DNA of 15,317 bases from Candidatus Thalassarchaeaceae archaeon (GTDB taxonomy: Archaea; Thermoplasmatota; Poseidoniia; Poseidoniales; Thalassarchaeaceae): contig JASLKH010000083.1 in the NCBI GenBank assembly GCA_030747675.1, positions 1-15,317 of the forward strand. The letters run 5' to 3'. Below the pieces are notes generated by a model. The model made no database searches. It was not told the DNA's origin and saw only the letters and a program-made list of their open reading frames with translations. Below, one piece after another: positions 6,613 through 12,728 of the stretch. Within the stretch, counting starts at the first letter, position 1; every line of letters begins with the position of its first letter. Position numbers and translations under genes: made by a program.

Positions 6613-8172
6613 TCAATTCTTGGCATTTATCAGTCGCCTTTGACGATCCTCAAAGGGTATCCCGACATCTCTCAATAAGCGTTCTCTTAGCGCTTCATGC
6701 AACCACATTCCACCTGGTAGTTCTAAAATTAAACCGCGTTCAAGCAATGCAGCCGGTGGTGGGCCGTCATGATTACAAGAAGAAGCGAGAACTGACCATT
6801 CAACCGGCCTTTCTGATGTTGCAAGGGTCGCAAGTAATTCATATTCTTGCTCAGGTAAAACATGTAATATTTCTTCATCTAAGAATCTGAGCCAGTCACC
6901 ATGCGTTATCTCCCCATACATTTCCATCAACTCGACCGCTAATGGATGTCCCCCGGTAACTTCATGGATCTCTGAAGCAGAGGGTAGATCTTCCCCCGAG
7001 ATATCAGAAAGCCAATCATCAATATCCGCTTCTGAAAGACCTGTTAATGCTAATTCACTAACTCTCTCTCTAGTGTGCACATCTCTCCTATCATAGAAAT
7101 TTAGTGTAGTTCTACTGATTAATAATAATCTCAGTGGCGACGAATCTGCGACTTGTAATAAAGCTCCAAGAAGGTCTTCAGCTTCTGCGGCGAGATGATG
7201 AACATCATCCAATACTAGGAGGAAATATGGGGGGGCATCATCAACTTCTGCAAATCTGTTTCGTAAAACAGTAGGATCAGTGAGGTATGATAGTAAAAGG
7301 CGGCGGTAGGCGTCAATATCTAATTTAGAGCCTGGAGTCAAGGGTAGTGTTTCTAATAATTGATGTGGGTCATGGGTTGCATCAATTCCTACCCTATGCA
7401 ATAATGATGTTGCTAACCCTAATGCGGAGTCCCAGGGTTGACATGGGTACCAGCAAATGGATAGTTGTTCATCAAGTTCCATTCGTTTTTTGAGCCAAAA
7501 TGCGCCCAGTGTAGACTTACCAATTCCTGCAATGCCGTGTAATAAAAGGCAAGAGTTTCTTGACTGATACCACTCATCCAATAATTCTAATTCTGTTAAA
7601 CGACCATGGACATCTCTAGTCACTGGTGGTTCAGTGTGATAAGTTGCATGAGCCCCTGCACCAAGTGTGATTCTACCTGGAGCAGGCTTGTCTTCATTCT
7701 CCTTCAATTGTATTAATCCGAAACGGATGTCTCCAAATGTTAAGACTCCTTCATGTTGTGCATGCATTAAGACCTGCAATAAACTCAAATCTGCTGATAG
7801 TCGATTGCTGGCGAGGCCTGCAATTATTTCTAATAATTGACCGCTTTCTTCACGAATCAAAACCGGTGTTAATCGTAATACATCTATTCTAGATTGAGCC
7901 TGTTCTCGACCCATGTCTGTAAGTTGCCATGTCTTCTGTCTACGACTTTCACCTCTAACTGTTCTACTATGCTCAGTAACCCAATCATTCTTGAGCAATT
8001 CACGCATTGTCCGACTTACATTTGGAGGGTGTAATGCACAGGCCTCAGCTATCCCTGGACGTGTTACTGAGGCACTAACCATGTAGAGATCTGCTTGATC
8101 ATCTTGCTCACCTAGGTGGAGTAAAATTCGGTCCTCGACCGCGATGTGAACTCGTAAATCATTGCTCGGCAT
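6613..8172 (-). CDS. N-terminal winged-HTH + STAND-class (AP/MalT-like) P-loop ATPase, no C-terminal repeat sensor
   Basis: N-terminal TRPGIAEACALHPPNVSRTMREL...KTWQLTDMG (wHTH), HGRLTELELL (GRxxE), Walker A GIAGIGKST, Walker B LLVLDDVH, LLLISR, TGGHPLAV (GxP) and terminal LHEALRE. ATG 8172 with GAGGGGAG RBS is preferred over TTG 8175. Confidence 0.8.
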   Translation of the reverse strand: MPSNDLRVHIAVEDRILLHLGEQDDQADLYMVSASVTRPGIAEACALHPPNVSRTMRELLKNDWVTEHSRTVRGESRRQKTWQLTDMGREQAQSRIDVLRLTPVLIREESGQLLEIIAGLASNRLSADLSLLQVLMHAQHEGVLTFGDIRFGLIQLKENEDKPAPGRITLGAGAHATYHTEPPVTRDVHGRLTELELLDEWYQSRNSCLLLHGIAGIGKSTLGAFWLKKRMELDEQLSICWYPCQPWDSALGLATSLLHRVGIDATHDPHQLLETLPLTPGSKLDIDAYRRLLLSYLTDPTVLRNRFAEVDDAPPYFLLVLDDVHHLAAEAEDLLGALLQVADSSPLRLLLISRTTLNFYDRRDVHTRERVSELALTGLSEADIDDWLSDISGEDLPSASEIHEVTGGHPLAVELMEMYGEITHGDWLRFLDEEILHVLPEQEYELLATLATSERPVEWSVLASSCNHDGPPPAALLERGLILELPGGMWLHEALRERLLRDVGIPFEDRQRRLINAKN

Positions 8173-8256
8173 CAAACTCCCCTCAGGCTTCCTGCTGTTG
8201 AACTTCTCGCATTAAAGGTTGAGAAATGTTGGTCAAAAATTCTTCTCACGCGTATG

Positions 8257-8262
8257 TATAAA
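8257..8262 (+). promoter_or_regulatory. Candidate TATA box for the large surface-protein gene
   Basis: TATAAA about 50 nt upstream of ATG 8312 in a divergent intergenic region. Confidence 0.45.
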
Positions 8263-8311
8263 GAGCGCAAATACCCAATAATCACTAATACCAAGAAAAT
8301 ATGGGGAATAT

Positions 8312-11300
8312 ATGGCTAGTAATGTTGTTACCCAAAAAGTGGCTTCATCACGAACCTTGCTCCTCGCTGTTTTGATGATTACTGGAACCCTGTTTTCCTC
8401 CGTTGCTATAGCAGTAGACACTGATGCAGATGGAATAGATGACTCTGTAGATGATTGCCCTGTAGCAGCAGGTAACAGTACTATTGATCGTACCGGGTGT
8501 CCTGACCAAGATGGAGATGGAACTAGTGATTTGAATGACCCTTGGGTTATGTCAACCGGAGGATACCAACAAGATGCGCGACAATCGTCTAACGACGACT
8601 ATCTAATGGTCCGTTTTACTGGAGATGCGACTCGATATGTGACTCTTGAAAATGCAGGAAGTTGGGGGAGCTCGAATGCTAATTTGCGAATATGGGATAC
8701 TGCTACCCAATCAAATTTAATCACTATCCAAACAAACGAATATGGATTTGATGTTGATGCTTCTGCTGATGGGGCATATGTGGCCGCAGTATTCGACGAT
8801 GACAGGCTTAGAGTGTACTATTCCAATAACGGCTCGGAAATGTTCTCAGTTAGCACCGACGTGGGAAGTGGGGATCAACCTAACGAAGTGGAATATAGTC
8901 CAGATGGAACTATGATTGCAGTTGTAGTTGGAAGGTCAGGGAATAGCGGAACCAATGGTGAAGTTCAAATTTACAACTCATTGACTGGAGCCGAAATCAC
9001 ATCATTAAACCCTGGGTCAGCAGATCGATTCAATTCAGTCGGTTGGAGCCCCGATGGGAGTCGAATTGTTGTAGGGGGAAATGAGAAAATTTTCATGCTG
9101 GAAACCGATTCTTGGACTATCAACCGAACCATTTCAAATGCCTTCAGCACACTTAATTCCGTTCACTACTCACCAGATGGGAATATGATTTCAGCCTGCT
9201 CTTCATGGGGCGGTAGTAACGCTCGAGCCAAGGTATACAATGCAATCACTGGTGCAGAAGTGTGGTCATATACTACTTCGACTTCTTGCAACGATGCTGC
9301 TTGGTCTCCGGACTCTTCTCAAGTAGCTTTTACACACACTTACTACCAATCTGACGGTGCAAGTATCAACATATTCTTTGCAACATCAGGTACCAAAATC
9401 GATACACTTTCAGCACCTCGTCCCGGTGGATGCACAGGCAGTGGAGGTAGCAACAACTGCGGTACTATTTATGGTGCTGACTGGCATCCTGATGGCAACT
9501 ACATCATATCGGCACATGGCCGTAATGACGAGGGTATCTACCATTGGCTAGTTGACCCTGATATGGACAATGATGGCTATCTAAATCCAGATGATGCCTT
9601 CCCAGAAGATGGCACACAATGGAATGATACTGATGGAGATAATTTCGGAGACAACCCTGCTCCTGCTTTTGAACCTGATTCGTGCCCGAATGTATTTGGT
9701 ACATCCTACATGGATGTCTTTGGGTGCCCAGATGGAGATGGAGATGGATACTCCGACGATGGAGATGCTTTCGACAATGATCCTTACCAATGGGCAGATA
9801 ATGACGCTGATGGCTATCCTTCGAATACCAACGATCCTCGAGACCCCAATCCCTACGGCAGTGTCGATCACTTCGATGAAAACCCAACACAATGGAGCGA
9901 CACAGATGGAGATGGATATGGTGACAACTTTGCAAATACATCTTGGACGTTAATCAGGCCCTCGGAATGGCCGGGACAATTGCTCTCGATGACGTCAATT
10001 CAATTGGTTCAAGTGGATACATTTCCCACGAATTCTGAACAATGGAATGATACTGATGGAGATTGGGTTGGTGATGAACCGTTTACAACGAGATCCGACT
10101 CTTGCCCATTGGCTTGGGGGGACTCTGTATGGGACCGTTTAGGTTGTCCTGATTATGACCAAGATGGTTATTCAGACCCAGGAAATGCCGGTCCCGGAGA
10201 AGGACTAGCAAGTCCAAATGGGGATGCGGATGCTTTTATCGATAACCCCACTCAGTGGCATGATTCAGATGGTGATGGGTTTGGAGATAACAAGTCAGGA
10301 ACCTTTGGGGATGAATGCCCCGGAGAAGCTGGTACAAGCACAAGAGCAATCGAATGGAATGAAAATTTGCAAGCGTATGAAGATATCAACTGGTATGGTT
10401 GTGCTGACAATGACGAAGATGGGTATGCAAATAGTGGAGAGGCTTTTCCCAATGACCCTACCCAATATGCAGACACTGATGGAGATGGATTTAATCGAAA
10501 TAATGTAGTTTCGTCCTGTGGAGATAACCAAACTGGAAACAATCCTGATTTATTCCCAACAGATGGTGCACAATGTACTGATACTGATGGAGATGGATAT
10601 GGAGATACTCCTAGTGGATTAAATGGCGATTGGTTTCCTAATGACCCCACTCAATGGCACGATACCGATGGAGATGGCTTTGGGGATAACCCAAATGGGT
10701 CAAATCCCGATATTTGTCCAGGACAATATGGGACTGTAACAACCCCGACTGCAAGAGGTTGTCCAGATAGTGATGGTGATGGAATTCCTGACCCAGATGA
10801 TGCTGACCCAACAGATCCATTTAATCAGACTGATTCTGATGGTGACGGGTGGATGGATGAAGATGGGCAATTCAATGATGATTGCCTCGATACCTTTGGC
10901 CAATCAAACAAAGGCAATTTGTATGGGTGCCCAGATGGTGACGGTGATGGCTGGGCTGACTCAATTGATGCCTTCAACAATGATTCCACACAATGGCTCG
11001 ATTCCGATGGGGATGGATATGGTGACAATTACTTTTGGACTAATGTTACGGGTTATTCAAATCCCGAATCAGGATATGTTTGGGGCTGTGATATTGACCC
11101 AGACATCATTGCTTCTCGAATTCAAACTGGTGATGCTTTTCCGAATGAAGATACGCAATGGAGCGACACTGATGGAGATGGATATGGTGACAACTTCGGT
11201 ACAGTACAAAATACAACAAATAGGCCAGAATGTTGGCCTGGAGAATTCATTGAAAATGCTAGAAATATTGACTCGTTTCCCCTGAGATATACGCAGCACA

Positions 11301-11860
11301 AAGATGCGGACTTAGATGGATATGGTGACAATAGTTCCGTAGGATCATTCCAAAGCGACCTTTGTGTTTCTGTCCAAGGATTTTCTTATCAAGGTGATTA
11401 CTTCGGTTGTTTAGACAGTGATAGTGATGGCTGGGCTGATACACAAGATTCTTGTCCGTATGACCCAGATATCCATCTTGTTGGTCAAAAATGTATCATC
11501 ACCGAGCCTCAAGGATCAAGTGAACAAGGTGATGATTCGGGAAGCGGTTCAAATGTTATGATATTTGTTGGCGGTGGGGTAATAGTATTCTTGCTATTAC
11601 TCATATTTGTTGCTCTCGTTGCAAAACAAATGGGTGCACGAAAGCGCCTGACTGAAATTAGAGGATTTCAAGCCCAAGATGCTGCTTTCGCAGAAGAAGA
11701 AGCAGAAAGAAGGGAAAAATGGATTCAGCATTATCTCTCCCAAGGAGACATTGCTAAGGCAAAAGAACTTGGGTACATCGAAAAGGCTCAATGGCAAGTT
11801 CATCAAGAACAAACAGCTGCTGAGGCAACTGCTCTCCCAAGCATGGATGATTTACTCTAA
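8312..11860 (+). CDS. Membrane-anchored surface protein: signal peptide, WD40-like 7-bladed beta-propeller, thrombospondin type 3 (TSP3)-like Ca-binding repeats, TM helix, cytoplasmic tail
   Basis: 1182 aa. Signal peptide ending VAIA; seven [F/Y/W/A]-x-x-D-G-type blade motifs; 21 DxDxD(G) motifs; TM VMIFVGGGVIVFLLLLIFVALVA (11555-11623) followed by KQMGARKR. Confidence 0.85.
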   Translation: MASNVVTQKVASSRTLLLAVLMITGTLFSSVAIAVDTDADGIDDSVDDCPVAAGNSTIDRTGCPDQDGDGTSDLNDPWVMSTGGYQQDARQSSNDDYLMVRFTGDATRYVTLENAGSWGSSNANLRIWDTATQSNLITIQTNEYGFDVDASADGAYVAAVFDDDRLRVYYSNNGSEMFSVSTDVGSGDQPNEVEYSPDGTMIAVVVGRSGNSGTNGEVQIYNSLTGAEITSLNPGSADRFNSVGWSPDGSRIVVGGNEKIFMLETDSWTINRTISNAFSTLNSVHYSPDGNMISACSSWGGSNARAKVYNAITGAEVWSYTTSTSCNDAAWSPDSSQVAFTHTYYQSDGASINIFFATSGTKIDTLSAPRPGGCTGSGGSNNCGTIYGADWHPDGNYIISAHGRNDEGIYHWLVDPDMDNDGYLNPDDAFPEDGTQWNDTDGDNFGDNPAPAFEPDSCPNVFGTSYMDVFGCPDGDGDGYSDDGDAFDNDPYQWADNDADGYPSNTNDPRDPNPYGSVDHFDENPTQWSDTDGDGYGDNFANTSWTLIRPSEWPGQLLSMTSIQLVQVDTFPTNSEQWNDTDGDWVGDEPFTTRSDSCPLAWGDSVWDRLGCPDYDQDGYSDPGNAGPGEGLASPNGDADAFIDNPTQWHDSDGDGFGDNKSGTFGDECPGEAGTSTRAIEWNENLQAYEDINWYGCADNDEDGYANSGEAFPNDPTQYADTDGDGFNRNNVVSSCGDNQTGNNPDLFPTDGAQCTDTDGDGYGDTPSGLNGDWFPNDPTQWHDTDGDGFGDNPNGSNPDICPGQYGTVTTPTARGCPDSDGDGIPDPDDADPTDPFNQTDSDGDGWMDEDGQFNDDCLDTFGQSNKGNLYGCPDGDGDGWADSIDAFNNDSTQWLDSDGDGYGDNYFWTNVTGYSNPESGYVWGCDIDPDIIASRIQTGDAFPNEDTQWSDTDGDGYGDNFGTVQNTTNRPECWPGEFIENARNIDSFPLRYTQHKDADLDGYGDNSSVGSFQSDLCVSVQGFSYQGDYFGCLDSDSDGWADTQDSCPYDPDIHLVGQKCIITEPQGSSEQGDDSGSGSNVMIFVGGGVIVFLLLLIFVALVAKQMGARKRLTEIRGFQAQDAAFAEEEAERREKWIQHYLSQGDIAKAKELGYIEKAQWQVHQEQTAAEATALPSMDDLL
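8543..9553 (+). repeat. WD40/YVTN-like beta-propeller, 7 protein-level repeats
   Basis: RFTGDA, DASADG, EYSPDG, GWSPDG, HYSPDG, AWSPDS and DWHPDG recur at roughly 40-55 aa spacing. Confidence 0.8.
9554..11470 (+). repeat. TSP3-like Asp-rich repeat array (19 DxDxD motifs)
   Basis: Two unit types interleave: DAFPxDxTQWxDxDGDGxGDN and DxCPxxxGxS...GCxDxDGDG. DNA shows recurrent GATGGAGATGG. Confidence 0.88.
9890..11196 (+). repeat. 41-nt dispersed direct repeat (9890-9930 and 11156-11196)
   Basis: CAATGGAGCGACAC[A/T]GATGGAGATGGATATGGTGACAACTT, 40/41 identical. Confidence 0.85.
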
Positions 11861-12630
11861 TCTGCTAAATCATCGTCAAATCGATTGAATGGTAATGCAT
11901 CAAAGGATTCAATATCTGGTGCATTCAACGCAATGTTGTGTGCCAATACTTGTTCAATTGTAACCCAATCTGGAGTTGTTCCATCTATCCAATCATATCG
12001 ATGACCAGGGATTAGCCTCCAATCTTGCGGTAACGATTGCAATAACTTTTTTGCATGCCGAAGGCTGCTCCATTGAGTTATTGGATCACTTCCTGGGAGA
12101 TCGACTCGACCTGAACGCATCGTAAATAACAAGTCTCCTGCCACATACAACCCATGCCCATGGAAAGTTACATGCCCCGGTGCGTGCCCTGGTGAATGAG
12201 TTACTTGCAAGCAAATTTTTCCCACCCTCCACTCCACAGATTGATTTGGAGCATGGGTCCATATATTTGAAAAATCAGTTTTCCGAAAAATAATTCTCCC
12301 AAACAAACTAGGAGAAACTGATTCTTCATGGCCCCATATTTCGATTTCTGGGTGTTTTTTCGACAAGAAATTTACACCAGCAGTATGGTCTCTATGAGTA
12401 TGTGTCAATATAATGTGAGTGGGCTCAAGTAAGGATTTTTTTAACGACTCAGACCACTGCTTCCCATCATATGGATCCACCAATACAACAATTCCGTTTT
12501 CTCGATCGATGAATGCAATATTCATGTTCCCAAAGGGGCCCATTTGGATTACCCAAATTTCTATGCCATCATCTCTAACAAAAATTGAATACTCATCCAA
12601 ATGGGGGGGCATGTAAGTGCTAATCAACAT
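11857..12630 (-). CDS. Metallo-beta-lactamase-fold hydrolase (glyoxalase II/YcbL-like)
   Basis: THTHRDH (HxHxDH), SPGHAPGH, VAGDLLF, GRVDLPGSD and LIPGH motifs. The start could be ATG 12630 or 12612. Confidence 0.9.
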   Translation of the reverse strand: MLISTYMPPHLDEYSIFVRDDGIEIWVIQMGPFGNMNIAFIDRENGIVVLVDPYDGKQWSESLKKSLLEPTHIILTHTHRDHTAGVNFLSKKHPEIEIWGHEESVSPSLFGRIIFRKTDFSNIWTHAPNQSVEWRVGKICLQVTHSPGHAPGHVTFHGHGLYVAGDLLFTMRSGRVDLPGSDPITQWSSLRHAKKLLQSLPQDWRLIPGHRYDWIDGTTPDWVTIEQVLAHNIALNAPDIESFDALPFNRFDDDLAD

Positions 12631-12647
12631 GCAGTCATAGTGATTTT

Positions 12648-12690
12648 GTTTGACATTGGCCCCCCTTAGGGGGTGCCAATGGTTTCAAAC
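12648..12690. promoter_or_regulatory. Interrupted inverted repeat in a divergent intergenic region
   Basis: GTTTGA-CATTGGC-CCCCC-tta-GGGGG-t-GCCAATG-gtt-TCAAAC gives 18 complementary pairs with two bulges. Confidence 0.6.
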
Positions 12691-12692
12691 GG

Positions 12693-12705
12693 GAGTACTG
12701 TACTC
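12693..12705. promoter_or_regulatory. Perfect 13-bp palindrome, candidate operator
   Basis: GAGTAC-T-GTACTC, ending 23 nt upstream of ATG 12729. Confidence 0.5.
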
Positions 12706-12728
12706 GATATCTAGGGGGAGGGGATGCA

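Noticed and set aside
868-6890. Other short ORF-track entries overlapping GT, flippase, grx, rpe and trx genes (e.g. 2977-3570, 4724-5188, 1480-1734)
   Set aside because: They overlap well-supported genes on the opposite strand or another frame and have no recognisable motifs.
6613-8172. Avs/NLR-like antiviral defence assignment for the STAND ATPase
   Set aside because: No nuclease, TIR, SIR2 or protease effector, no TPR sensor and no defence-island neighbours; the N-terminus is a wHTH.
9554-11470. CRISPR array or diversity-generating retroelement TR/VR suggested by recurring GATGGAGATGG and the 41-nt repeat
   Set aside because: The repeats are in-frame coding units with irregular spacing, and there is no cas or reverse transcriptase gene. 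The single A/T difference is at a synonymous site.
9357-11888. Many alternative-frame and antisense ORFs inside the surface-protein gene (e.g. 10770-11285, 9504-9941, 10252-10650)
   Set aside because: Shadow ORFs caused by the repetitive Asp/Gly codon pattern; the translations are low-complexity with no motifs.
12603-12609. G7/C7 homopolymer at the 5' end of the MBL gene as a phase-variation tract
   Set aside because: Seven bases is short for slippage switching, and it is explained by Pro-Pro codons; no variant evidence is available.
12669-12723. G-quadruplex from four G-runs upstream of the membrane regulator
   Set aside because: Loops of 17 and 20 nt are non-canonical; the runs are explained by the hairpin arm and the RBS.
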